NCBI GenBank assembly: GCA_943372125.1
Contig: CALRXI020000004.1
Span: forward strand, 1,242 to 65,241
Reading direction: 5' to 3'
DNA length: 64,000 bases
Origin: Brevundimonas vancanneytii
GTDB taxonomy: Bacteria > Pseudomonadota > Alphaproteobacteria > Caulobacterales > Caulobacteraceae
Part shown: positions 28,786 to 38,205 of the stretch, piece by piece
How the letters are laid out: every line of letters begins with the position of its first letter
Position numbering within the stretch: the stretch's first letter is position 1
Notes under the pieces: generated by a model
Database searches by the model: none
Seen by the model: only the letters and a program-made list of their open reading frames with translations
Told to the model about the DNA's origin: nothing
Translations under genes and position numbers: made by a program

Positions 28786-30248
28786 GCGCCCAGCCGCCCG
28801 TCCGCCTGTCCGACCTGCTGCGCCGCGACGTGGCCAGCGATCCGATGATCACCGGCGTCACCTCCGACAGCCGCAAGGTCGCGCCCGGCACCCTGTTCGT
28901 GGCCCTGCCCGGCAGTGCCGCCGACGGCCGCGCCTTCATCCCCCAGGCCCTGTCGCAGGGGGCCGCCGCCGTCCTGGCCCCGGCCGACACCGACGCCGGA
29001 ATGGCTCCTGTTCTGGTCACCTCGGGCGATGTGCGCCGGGCCTATGCCATCGCGGCGCGCAGCTTCTATGGAGCCCAGCCCGCCACCTGCGTCGCCGTGA
29101 CCGGCACCAACGGCAAGACGTCGGTCGCCGCCTTCTGCCGCCAGATCTGGGCGGCGCTGGGCCTGACTTCGGCGAGCATGGGCACTCTTGGGGTTTTGAA
29201 ACAGTCCGGTAACGTTAATCAGGCCTTGACGGGGCCGGGCCTGACCAGCCCCGACGCCGCCGATGCGGCCCGCCTGCTGGCCGATCTGGCCGAGGGCGGC
29301 GTGACCCATCTGGCGCTGGAGGCCTCGTCGCACGGCATCGACCAGCGGCGTCTGGACGGGGTGACGCTGAAGGCGGCGGGCTTCACCAACCTGACCCAGG
29401 ATCATCTGGACTATCACGGCGACATGGCCGCCTATCGCGACGCCAAGTTGCGGCTGTTCGAGACCCTGCTGCCGCGCGGCCGGACGGCGGTGCTGAACGC
29501 CGATTCCGACGCCTATTCCCAGTTCGCATCGGCCAGCATCATGTCGGGCCTGGGTGTGATGGCGGTCGGCGAGCGCGGGCGCGACCTGACCCTGCTGGGC
29601 CGCAAGGCCGTGCCGGAAGGGCAGCGGCTGTCGCTGGACGTGCGCGGCAGCCTGCATGAGATCCTGCTGCCGCTGGCGGGGGCGTTCCAGGCGTCGAACG
29701 CCCTGGTCGCGGCGGGGCTGTGCATCGCGGGCGGCGAAAGCCCCGAGCGCGTCCTGGCGGCGATGGAGAAGATCGAGGGCGCACAGGGGCGTCTGGAACG
29801 GGTCGCTGGCGGTAGCGGCAAGGGTGAGGTCTATGTCGACTATGCCCATACGCCCGATGGGCTGGAGACGGTGTTGTCGGCCCTGCGGCCGCATGCGACG
29901 GGACGGCTGATCGTCGTGTTCGGGGCGGGCGGCGACCGCGATCGCGCCAAGCGTCCGCTGATGGGCGAGATCGTGGGTCGGCTGGCCGATGTCGCCATCG
30001 TTACGGACGACAATCCGCGCAGTGAGGATCCGGCCGCCATCCGCCGTGCGGTCCGCGAGGGCTGTCCCACGGCGCAAGAAATCGGCGACCGCCGCGAAGC
30101 CATCCACCACGCCATCCACATGATGCGCGACGGGGATGTGGTGGTCATCGCCGGAAAAGGGCATGAGCAGGGCCAGATCGTCGGCGGGGTGACCCACCCC
30201 TTCGACGACGCGACCGTCGCCGCCGAAGCCCTGAACGCCCATGCCTGA
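28782..30248 (+). CDS. murE: UDP-MurNAc-tripeptide synthetase (mDAP-adding)
   Basis: GTNGKTS, EASSHG, DHLDYH, DYAHTPD, DNPR, GKGHE. Confidence 0.97.
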   Translation: MSAQPPVRLSDLLRRDVASDPMITGVTSDSRKVAPGTLFVALPGSAADGRAFIPQALSQGAAAVLAPADTDAGMAPVLVTSGDVRRAYAIAARSFYGAQPATCVAVTGTNGKTSVAAFCRQIWAALGLTSASMGTLGVLKQSGNVNQALTGPGLTSPDAADAARLLADLAEGGVTHLALEASSHGIDQRRLDGVTLKAAGFTNLTQDHLDYHGDMAAYRDAKLRLFETLLPRGRTAVLNADSDAYSQFASASIMSGLGVMAVGERGRDLTLLGRKAVPEGQRLSLDVRGSLHEILLPLAGAFQASNALVAAGLCIAGGESPERVLAAMEKIEGAQGRLERVAGGSGKGEVYVDYAHTPDGLETVLSALRPHATGRLIVVFGAGGDRDRAKRPLMGEIVGRLADVAIVTDDNPRSEDPAAIRRAVREGCPTAQEIGDRREAIHHAIHMMRDGDVVVIAGKGHEQGQIVGGVTHPFDDATVAAEALNAHA

Positions 30249-31686
30249 TACCCCTGTCCTGTGGACCTCTGAACAGATTGAAGCGACCACCGGCGGACGC
30301 CTGTCGGGCGCGCCGTTCGAGGTCACAGGCCTGACCTACAACAGCCGCGAGATCGTGGCCGGCGACCTGTTTCTGGCCCTGAAGGGTGCGCGGGACGGGC
30401 ACGCGTTCGCGGCCTCGGCCTTTGCGGCTGGCGCGGCCGGGGCTTTGACGGAACACGGCGTCGAGGGCGGGCCGTCGATCGTCACAGCCGATACGCTGAA
30501 GGCGCTGGAAGCCCTGGGTGTCGCTGCCCGCGACCGAGCCGGACGTCGCGGGGCTGTCACCGGCAGTGTCGGCAAGACCAGCGTGACCCAGGCGATCAAG
30601 GCCGGACTGGATCTGGCGGGGTCGTCCCATGGGTCGATCAAGAGCTATAACAACCACATCGGCGTGCCCCTCACCCTGGCGCGGATGCCGCAAGGCACGG
30701 CGCGGGCGGTGTTCGAGATCGGCATGAATGCGCCGGGAGAGATCGCGCCGCTGTCGCGCATGGTCGCGCCGCACGCCGCCTGCGTGACCACCGTCGGCCC
30801 GGTCCATATCGAGGCCTTTACTGATGGCGAGGCGGGTGTGGCGGCCGAGAAAGCGTCGATATTCGAAGGCCTGCTGCCCGGCGGTTCGGCGGTGCTGAAC
30901 GGGGATGTGGCGCAGGTCGCGGTACTGGAAGCGGCGGCGCGGGCGCAAGGGGCGCAGGTCCTGCGCTTCGGCACCGGGGCCGCCCACGAAGCGCGGCTGA
31001 TCGGGTTCGAGCCGGATGCGGAGGGCGCGACCGTGCGGGCCGAACTGCACGGCAAGGCGCTGGACTATCGCCTGGCCCAGTCCGGCCACCACTGGGGCCT
31101 GAACAGCCTGTGCGTCATCCTGATGCTGGAGGCGCTGGACGTGCCGCTGGAGACGGCGCTGGCGGCGCTGGCCGGATTCGCACCCCTGGCCGGGCGGGGG
31201 CAGACCATGCAGGTCATGGCCCCCGGCGGGGCCTTCACCCTGATCGATGAAAGCTACAACGCCAATCCGCTGTCGATGGCGGCGGGGTTCCGCAGTCTGG
31301 GCGTGAAGCCTGTGGGGCCGGGCGGGCGGCGCGTCGTCGTTCTGACCGACATGCTGGAACTGGGCGACCAGTCGCGCGCGCTGCACGAGGGGTTGGGGAT
31401 TGCGATCGAGGCCGCGGGGCTGGACATGGTCCATGCCGCCGGGCCGGAGATGAAGGCACTGTACGACAGCCTGGCCAGTTCGCGCCGTGGCCTGTGGCGC
31501 GAGACGGCGGCCGAACTGGCGGCCGAGGCCATGGTGCTGGCCGGGCCCGGCGACGTGGTCATGGTCAAGGGCTCCAACGGATCGAAGGCGTCTATGGTCG
31601 CCAAAGCCTTGGCGGCCTTGGGCAGCGAACCGCCCCTCAAGCAGCGAGCGTCCGCGACGCGAGCGATAGGGGCAAAGGAAGTCTGA
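30241..31686 (+). CDS. murF: UDP-MurNAc-pentapeptide synthetase
   Basis: [39 protein letters not shown]. Confidence 0.96.
   Translation: MPDTPVLWTSEQIEATTGGRLSGAPFEVTGLTYNSREIVAGDLFLALKGARDGHAFAASAFAAGAAGALTEHGVEGGPSIVTADTLKALEALGVAARDRAGRRGAVTGSVGKTSVTQAIKAGLDLAGSSHGSIKSYNNHIGVPLTLARMPQGTARAVFEIGMNAPGEIAPLSRMVAPHAACVTTVGPVHIEAFTDGEAGVAAEKASIFEGLLPGGSAVLNGDVAQVAVLEAAARAQGAQVLRFGTGAAHEARLIGFEPDAEGATVRAELHGKALDYRLAQSGHHWGLNSLCVILMLEALDVPLETALAALAGFAPLAGRGQTMQVMAPGGAFTLIDESYNANPLSMAAGFRSLGVKPVGPGGRRVVVLTDMLELGDQSRALHEGLGIAIEAAGLDMVHAAGPEMKALYDSLASSRRGLWRETAAELAAEAMVLAGPGDVVMVKGSNGSKASMVAKALAALGSEPPLKQRASATRAIGAKEV
31632..31673 (+). repeat. 42-nt CTCAAGCAGCGA hairpin element inside the murF 3' end
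   Basis: GCCCCTCAAGCAGCGAGCGTCCGCGACGCGAGCGATAGGGGC. Confidence 0.8.
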
Positions 31687-32795
31687 TGTTCTATCTGCTG
31701 TATCTGCAGTTTTCCGACGTGGCGCAGGACTACCCCCTGCTGAACCTGGTCCAGTACCAGACGGTGCGGGTGGCGCTGGCCATGGCGACGGCCATGATCG
31801 TGTCGGTGGCCATGGGCAGCCGGTTCATCAACTGGATCCGTGCCAAACAGGGCCGGGGCCAGCCGATCCGCGACGACGGCCCGGTCTCGCACCTGTCCAA
31901 GGTGGGCACCCCGACCATGGGTGGGTTGATGATCCTGGCGGGCATTGCGGTGGCGGTCCTGCTGTGGGGCGACCTGACCAATCCCTACATCTGGATCGTC
32001 AGCTTTGTGACGGCGGCCTTCGGCGTGCTGGGCTTCATCGATGACTATGCCAAGGTGACGAAACAGACGTCGGCGGGTCTGACGTCCAAACAGAAGCTGG
32101 CGGCCCAGGTCGTGGTGTCGGTGATCGCGGGCATTCTGACGGTGCTGTGGATGACGGCCTCGCCGACCTCGCCGGGGCTGGAGACCTCGATCGCCTTTCC
32201 CTTCTTCAAGGCCGTGCTGCTGAACATCGGCTGGTTCTATGTCGCGTTCGCGGCCTTCACCATCGTGGGCTTTTCGAATGCGGTGAACCTGACCGACGGG
32301 CTGGACGGCCTGGCCATCGTGCCGGTCATGATGGCGGCGGCGGCGTTCGGCATCATCAGCTATCTGGTCGGCAACTTCATCTTCTCGGGCTATCTGGGCG
32401 TCCACCATGTGCCCGGTTCGGGCGAGCTGGCCATCTTCTGCGCGGCCATCATCGGCGGGGGTACGGGCTTTCTCTGGTACAATGCGCCGCCGGCCAAGAT
32501 CTTCATGGGCGACACCGGCTCGCTGGCGCTGGGTGGCGCGCTGGGCGCCATCGCCGTGGCGACCAAGCACGAACTGGTGCTGGGCATCGTCGGCGGCCTG
32601 TTTGTCATCGAGGCCGCCTCGGTCATGATCCAGGTCGCCTATTTCAAGATGACCGGCCGCCGCATCTTCCTGATGGCCCCGATCCACCACCATTTCGAAA
32701 AGATGGGCTGGCCGGAATCGACCGTGGTCATCCGCTTCTGGATCGTAGCGGCCATGCTGGCCCTGGCCGGCCTGGCGACGTTGAAGCTGCGCTAG
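31686..32795 (+). CDS. mraY: Phospho-N-acetylmuramoyl-pentapeptide transferase
   Basis: [42 protein letters not shown] overlaps the murF stop. Confidence 0.97.
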   Translation: MFYLLYLQFSDVAQDYPLLNLVQYQTVRVALAMATAMIVSVAMGSRFINWIRAKQGRGQPIRDDGPVSHLSKVGTPTMGGLMILAGIAVAVLLWGDLTNPYIWIVSFVTAAFGVLGFIDDYAKVTKQTSAGLTSKQKLAAQVVVSVIAGILTVLWMTASPTSPGLETSIAFPFFKAVLLNIGWFYVAFAAFTIVGFSNAVNLTDGLDGLAIVPVMMAAAAFGIISYLVGNFIFSGYLGVHHVPGSGELAIFCAAIIGGGTGFLWYNAPPAKIFMGDTGSLALGGALGAIAVATKHELVLGIVGGLFVIEAASVMIQVAYFKMTGRRIFLMAPIHHHFEKMGWPESTVVIRFWIVAAMLALAGLATLKLR

Positions 32796-34271
32796 ATGAT
32801 CCCGGTCCCAGGCTTCGAGGGGCGGCGCATCGCAGTCTTCGGCCTGGGACGGTCGGGGCTGACGGCGGCGCGTGCGCTGAAGGCCGGCGGGGCCTTGCCG
32901 GTGCTGTGGGACGACAGTGTCTCCAGCCGCATGCAGGCGGAGGCGGAAGGCTTCGTGGTCGAGGACCTGACCGTCGCCGACTGGTCGAGTTTCGCGGCCC
33001 TTGTCCTGTCGCCCGGTGCTCCCCTGACCCACCCGACCCCGCACTGGACGGTGGACAAGGCGCATGAGGCCGGGATCGAGATCATCGGCGACATAGAACT
33101 GTTCGCCCGGGCCATGGCGGCCTTGCCAAAGGGGCAGCGCCCCCGCGTCGTCGCCATCACCGGCACTAACGGCAAGTCCACAACAACGGCCCTGATCGGC
33201 TGGGTGCTGAAGCAGGCGGGGCTGACGGTGCATGTCGGCGGCAATATCGGTATCGGCGTTCTGGCCCTGCCCGAGCCGACGCCGGAAGCGGTCTATGTGA
33301 TCGAGGTGTCGAGCTATCAGCTGGACCTGACGACCAGCTTCGCGCCGGACGTGGCGATCCTGACGAATATCTCGCCGGACCATTTGGATCGGCATGGCGG
33401 GATGGAGGGGTATGTCGCGGCGAAGGCGCGGATTTTTCAGGCGCACGGCGACGGAAGGACCGCCTTGGTTGGGACTGATGAGCGCTGGATCAAGCCGATC
33501 GCGTACGGTCTCTCGGCACAAGGCTGGGTCACGACCGTCACCACCAAAGTGATGGTTGTGGGTGGAGGCAAACGTGGCGGGACGCCGGTCGATCAGATCG
33601 CAAGGCGCGGGCCGGCTCGCGAACGAGCTTTCAACGAAGGCCATTTAATCTCGCTAGAGGCCTGCGAGGGGGAACTGACTGGCGATGGTCTTTTCCTCGC
33701 GGACCTGACAAAGGCCCGATCTCTGCCCGGAAACCACAACGCCCAGAACGCCGCCTTCGCCTATGCAGCCGCCCGCGCTCTCGGCGTCAGCCACGACGCC
33801 GCCGTCGAGGGACTGCTCTCCTTCCCCGGCCTGGCCCACCGCATGGAGACCGTCGGCACGCTCGGCAAAGTCCGCTTCGTCAACGACTCCAAGGCCACCA
33901 ATGCCGACGCCGCGCGTCAGGCGCTGGCCAGCTATGACCGCAGTTTCTGGATCGCGGGCGGGCGGGCCAAGCAGGGCGGTATCGACGATCTGGAGGAGCT
34001 GTTCCCGCGCGTGGTCGAGGCGTTTCTGATCGGCGAGGCGGCGGGGCCGTTCGCGGCCCGGCTGGGCGACACCCCGCACCGGATCAGCGGCGACATGGCC
34101 ACGGCGGTGCAGCAGGCCTATGCCGCCGCCGCCGCCACGAGGCGCGACGAGGTGGTGCTGCTCAGCCCCGCGGCGGCCAGTTTCGACCAGTATCCCGACT
34201 TCGAGGTGCGCGGAGAGGCGTTTCGCGCCGCCGTCCTGGCCCTCGGCGCAACCCCCATGGCCCCGTCATGA
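32796..34271 (+). CDS. murD: UDP-MurNAc-L-Ala--D-glutamate ligase
   Basis: GLGRSG, TGTNGKSTT, EVSSYQL, DHLDRH, NDSKATN, LSPAAASFDQY. Confidence 0.96.
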   Translation: MIPVPGFEGRRIAVFGLGRSGLTAARALKAGGALPVLWDDSVSSRMQAEAEGFVVEDLTVADWSSFAALVLSPGAPLTHPTPHWTVDKAHEAGIEIIGDIELFARAMAALPKGQRPRVVAITGTNGKSTTTALIGWVLKQAGLTVHVGGNIGIGVLALPEPTPEAVYVIEVSSYQLDLTTSFAPDVAILTNISPDHLDRHGGMEGYVAAKARIFQAHGDGRTALVGTDERWIKPIAYGLSAQGWVTTVTTKVMVVGGGKRGGTPVDQIARRGPARERAFNEGHLISLEACEGELTGDGLFLADLTKARSLPGNHNAQNAAFAYAAARALGVSHDAAVEGLLSFPGLAHRMETVGTLGKVRFVNDSKATNADAARQALASYDRSFWIAGGRAKQGGIDDLEELFPRVVEAFLIGEAAGPFAARLGDTPHRISGDMATAVQQAYAAAAATRRDEVVLLSPAAASFDQYPDFEVRGEAFRAAVLALGATPMAPS

Positions 34272-35443
34272 CCGAAGCCTACAGCCCCGCGTTTTCGCGC
34301 AATGATAAGGGACCTGTCGCCAACTGGTTCTGGACCGTGGACCGGGGCCTGCTGGCCGCGGCCCTGACGCTGATGGGGCTGGGTGTGGCGCTGAGCTTTG
34401 CCTCCAGCCCCGCCGCCATCCTGGCCGACCAGTCGATCACCGACCCCTTCCACTACAGCTGGCGGATGATGGTGTTCAGCTGTGCCGGGCTGGTCATGCT
34501 GCTGGGCACGTCCTTTTTCTCGCCCAAGGGGGTACGCCGCATCGCCCTGGCGGCTCTGCTTTGCGCCATCATCACCATGATGCTGCTGCCCTTCATCGGC
34601 GACGAGGTGAAGGGTGCCGCCCGCTGGATCAACCTGGGCCCGTTCAGCCTGCAACCCAGCGAGTTCGCCAAGCCGGGCCTGATCGTCTTTTCCGCCTGGA
34701 TGTTCGCGGAGGGCCAGAAGGGCGAGGGCGTGCCCGGTGTCAGCATCGCCTTCGGTGTCTGGGGCCTGACGGTCGCCCTGCTGTTGATCCAGCCCGACAT
34801 CGGCCAGACCCTGCTGATCACCACCACCTTCATGGCCGTCTTCTTCATGGCGGGCGTGCCGCTGAAGTGGGTGGCGGCCCTGGCGGCGGCGGGCGCGGCG
34901 GGCGTCGTCGGCCTGTATTTCAGCTTCAGCCACATGCGCGATCGCCTCAGCCGGTTCGGCTCGGACGACGCCGGTGCCACCTATCAGATCGACCGCGCCT
35001 CCGAGGCCATCCGTGCCGGGGGTCTGGTCGGCCGCGGGGTGGGCGAGGGGGTGATGAAGCGCTCGGTCCCTGACCTGCATACCGACTTCATCTATTCCGT
35101 CGGCGCCGAGGAGTTCGGCCTGGTGCTGAGCCTGATCATGATCGGCCTGTTCGGCTTCATCGTCCTGCGCGGCATGCAGAAGGCGATGCGGCTGCGCGAC
35201 CCGTTCGAACAGACGGCGGCGGCGGGGCTGTTCATCCTGATCGGCCTACAGGCCAGCATCAACATCGCCGTCAATCTGAGCCTGGTTCCGACCAAGGGAA
35301 TGACCCTGCCGTTCATCAGCTATGGCGGCTCGTCCATGGTGGCCATGGGGCTGACCATGGGGCTGGCCCTGGCCCTGACCCGCAAGCGACCGGGTGCCTA
35401 TGAGCCGGGGGCCAGTCTGCCGCGACGGCGGATGTTGGGCTAG
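34268..35443 (+). CDS. ftsW: Septal peptidoglycan glycosyltransferase FtsW
   Basis: GAARW, QPSEFAK, QPDIG, HTDFI, EEFG, PTKGMTLPFISYGGSS. Confidence 0.96.
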   Translation: MTEAYSPAFSRNDKGPVANWFWTVDRGLLAAALTLMGLGVALSFASSPAAILADQSITDPFHYSWRMMVFSCAGLVMLLGTSFFSPKGVRRIALAALLCAIITMMLLPFIGDEVKGAARWINLGPFSLQPSEFAKPGLIVFSAWMFAEGQKGEGVPGVSIAFGVWGLTVALLLIQPDIGQTLLITTTFMAVFFMAGVPLKWVAALAAAGAAGVVGLYFSFSHMRDRLSRFGSDDAGATYQIDRASEAIRAGGLVGRGVGEGVMKRSVPDLHTDFIYSVGAEEFGLVLSLIMIGLFGFIVLRGMQKAMRLRDPFEQTAAAGLFILIGLQASINIAVNLSLVPTKGMTLPFISYGGSSMVAMGLTMGLALALTRKRPGAYEPGASLPRRRMLG

Positions 35444-35452
35444 AAGGCATCC

Positions 35453-36541
35453 ATGACCTCCAGACTCTGCGTCGTCGCCGCCGGTGGGACCGGTGGGCAT
35501 ATGTTCCCGGCCGAGGCCCTGTCGCGCGAGCTGGCCGGGCGCGGCTGGCGCATCGTGCTGGCCACGGACCGGCGGGGCGAGGCCTATGCCCAGAACTTCC
35601 CGGCCGAGGAGCGGATCGCGCTGGACGCCGCCACCGGGCGCGGGCCGATCGGCATGGCCAAAGCCGGGCTGGCCATCACGCGCGGCGTGGTTCAGGCGCG
35701 GTCGGCGCTGAAGCGGTTGGATGCGGCGGTCGTGGTCGGCTTCGGCGGCTATCCGTCCGCCCCGGCCCTGCTGGCCGCGCTCAGCCAGGGTCGGCCGACC
35801 CTGCTCCACGAACAGAATGCGGTGCTGGGCCGCACCAACCGCTGGCTCAGTCCCTATGTCGGGGCCGTGGCGGCGTCCTTTCCAAACCTGCAGAAGGTGC
35901 CGCAGGGCGTGGGGGCGCGGGTCACACTGATCGGCAATCCGGTACGGGCCGACATCCGGGCGTTGGGCGAGCGAATGTTCGTGGCCCCGACCGGCGACGG
36001 GCCCATCCATCTGTTGGTCACGGGCGGCAGCCAGGGCTCGCGCATCCTGTCCGAGACGGTGCCCCAGGCCCTGGCATCCTTGCCGGAGCCCTTGCGCACA
36101 CGCCTGCGGGTGCAGCAGCAGTCGCGGCCCGAGACGCTGGAGGCGGCGCGTGCCATCTATGCCCAGGCGGGGATCGCGGCCGAGATCGCGCCCTTTTTCT
36201 CCGACATGGCCCGGCGTCTGTCTCAAGCGCATCTGGTCATCGGCCGGGCCGGGGCTTCGACCTGTTCGGAACTGGCGGTGGCGGGTCTGCCGTCGCTGCT
36301 GATCCCGCTCAAGATCGCCATGGACGACCACCAGCGGTTCAATGCCCTCAGCCTTGTCGAGGCGGGCGGAGCCGAAATGGTGCTGGAGGACGAGGTGAAG
36401 GTCGACCGACTGGCTGCATCGCTAGCGGCCATGCTGTCGGACCCCGCCCGCCTGTCGGCGATGAGCGCAGGCGCGCGGTCGGCAGCCCTGCCGGACGCCG
36501 CCTCGGACCTGGCCGACATGGTCGAGGCGGTAGCGGCCTGA
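35453..36541 (+). CDS. murG: Lipid II GlcNAc transferase
   Basis: GGTGGH, GFGGY, HEQN, GNPVR, GGSQG, RAGAST. Confidence 0.97.
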   Translation: MTSRLCVVAAGGTGGHMFPAEALSRELAGRGWRIVLATDRRGEAYAQNFPAEERIALDAATGRGPIGMAKAGLAITRGVVQARSALKRLDAAVVVGFGGYPSAPALLAALSQGRPTLLHEQNAVLGRTNRWLSPYVGAVAASFPNLQKVPQGVGARVTLIGNPVRADIRALGERMFVAPTGDGPIHLLVTGGSQGSRILSETVPQALASLPEPLRTRLRVQQQSRPETLEAARAIYAQAGIAAEIAPFFSDMARRLSQAHLVIGRAGASTCSELAVAGLPSLLIPLKIAMDDHQRFNALSLVEAGGAEMVLEDEVKVDRLAASLAAMLSDPARLSAMSAGARSAALPDAASDLADMVEAVAA

Positions 36542-36597
36542 CCGTCGTAGCCGCTGGCGGCCTTCGCCTCGCCACCGTGACGCGCTAAAGGTCAGCC

Positions 36598-37713
36598 ATG
36601 CCGATCTTCATTCAGGACATGACTCGCGAGGTCTTCCGCCTCTGGCGCGAATTCTACTGGCTGCCCGAATGGGTGGTGATCTCCGTCATCGTGGGCGTCT
36701 TCGTCTTCATCGGATGGGCGGCCAATCAGGTCGTGTTCAGCCTGCTGAAATGGGTGGTGCGCAAGAAGGACGTCTTCTGGCGCGGCATCGTGGGCCGGGC
36801 ACGGCTGAAGGTGCGGATCGCGGTGATGATCATTGCCGTGGCTTTGGGCGTCACGGTGTCGCCGATGGACCCCGGACCTTCGCTGCTGATCCGGCAGGGG
36901 CTTCTGTTCGGTTTCATCCTGGTGTGCGGCTGGATGCTGGCGGGTGCGGTGGACATGGGGGCCGTCGTCCATCTGCGGAAGTTCAACATGGACGCCGAGG
37001 ACAACCTCAGCGCCCGCAAGCACGTGACCCAGACCCGCATCCTGCAAAGGGTCTCGGCCCTGCTGATCGCCCTGATCACCCTGGGTCTGGCGCTTCTGAC
37101 CATACCGGGGGTGCGTCAATGGGGTCTGTCGCTGCTGGCCTCGGCCGGCGTCGTCGGCATCGTCGCCGGCCTGGCGCTGCAGCCCTTCCTGACCAATCTG
37201 ATCGCGGGCATCCAGATCGCCACGGCCCAGCCGATCCGGTTGGACGACGCCGTCATCGTCGAGGGGGAGTGGGGCCGGGTGGAGGAGATCACCTCGACCT
37301 ATGTGGTGGTCAAGCTGTGGGACTGGCGGCGCATGATCCTGCCGCTGACCTATTTCATCCAGAAGCCGTTCCAGAACTGGACCCGCGACAATGCCAGCCT
37401 GATCGGCACGGCCTTTCTGTATGTCGATTACGAAGCCCCCATCGACCGGCTGCGCATGAAGTTGGAGGAGATCGCCCATGCCTCGCCCCTGTGGGACGGG
37501 GATGTGGTCTCGCTGCAGGTCACGGAGGTGACGGAGCGCACGGTCCAGGTCCGCTGCCTGACCAGCGCCCGCAACGCGTCGATCGCCTTCGACCTGCGCT
37601 GCGAGGTCCGCGAGAAGATGCTGGCCTTCATGCGCGACGAGTTGCCGGAAGCGCTGCCGAGGGATCGGTTGGGTTGGGATCGCAACGCCGCCTCCGTTTC
37701 GCCGCAGGGCTAA
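36598..37713 (+). CDS. Mechanosensitive channel, MscS family
   Basis: GLALQPFLTNLIAGIQI, GEWGRVEEI, FQNWT. Confidence 0.9.
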   Translation: MPIFIQDMTREVFRLWREFYWLPEWVVISVIVGVFVFIGWAANQVVFSLLKWVVRKKDVFWRGIVGRARLKVRIAVMIIAVALGVTVSPMDPGPSLLIRQGLLFGFILVCGWMLAGAVDMGAVVHLRKFNMDAEDNLSARKHVTQTRILQRVSALLIALITLGLALLTIPGVRQWGLSLLASAGVVGIVAGLALQPFLTNLIAGIQIATAQPIRLDDAVIVEGEWGRVEEITSTYVVVKLWDWRRMILPLTYFIQKPFQNWTRDNASLIGTAFLYVDYEAPIDRLRMKLEEIAHASPLWDGDVVSLQVTEVTERTVQVRCLTSARNASIAFDLRCEVREKMLAFMRDELPEALPRDRLGWDRNAASVSPQG

Positions 37714-38159
37714 TCGTCTGCCGCCAGATTGGCCCGGCCCTGGCGGACGGCCTCCTCCAGAGTGGTGGCGTCGGTGTCGTAGTCCTCGGGGTTGCAGGCT
37801 GCGACCAGCAGTTCGAAGGCGTCGCCGCCCTGAACCGCTTCGTACGACGGGGCGTCGTCAGGCGTGGAGGGCCCTTCTTCACCGCCTTCGCGCACGCCAG
37901 CGAAATCCAGCCGGTCGACGTGGCCATGTGCCCCGCAGTCGAACCGCCACCAGGACCAGCCGCCCCAGTAGGGCGTGCCGGCGGCGCGGAAATCCGGCTC
38001 GACCACCTGAAACACGCGGATGCGGCCACCGTCGCCGTCGGGCTGAAGGCTGGCCAGGTCGGCATACTGCGCGAACCGCCCTGCCCCCAGGAAGACAAAC
38101 CGATGCGGGCCCTCGGGTTCGGAAAAAAAGGTCAGCAGCGACAGCAGGCTCAGCATCAT
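37710..38159 (-). CDS. Hypothetical exported protein (surface-adhesin-E-like fold possible)
   Basis: Hydrophobic N-terminus; W..FDC motif and a C-terminal AAC Cys pair. Confidence 0.55.
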   Translation of the reverse strand: MMLSLLSLLTFFSEPEGPHRFVFLGAGRFAQYADLASLQPDGDGGRIRVFQVVEPDFRAAGTPYWGGWSWWRFDCGAHGHVDRLDFAGVREGGEEGPSTPDDAPSYEAVQGGDAFELLVAACNPEDYDTDATTLEEAVRQGRANLAADD

Positions 38160-38205
38160 GCCCGATCGTAACCGCCCATTGACCCGCGCGCGATAGGGTC
38201 GATCC

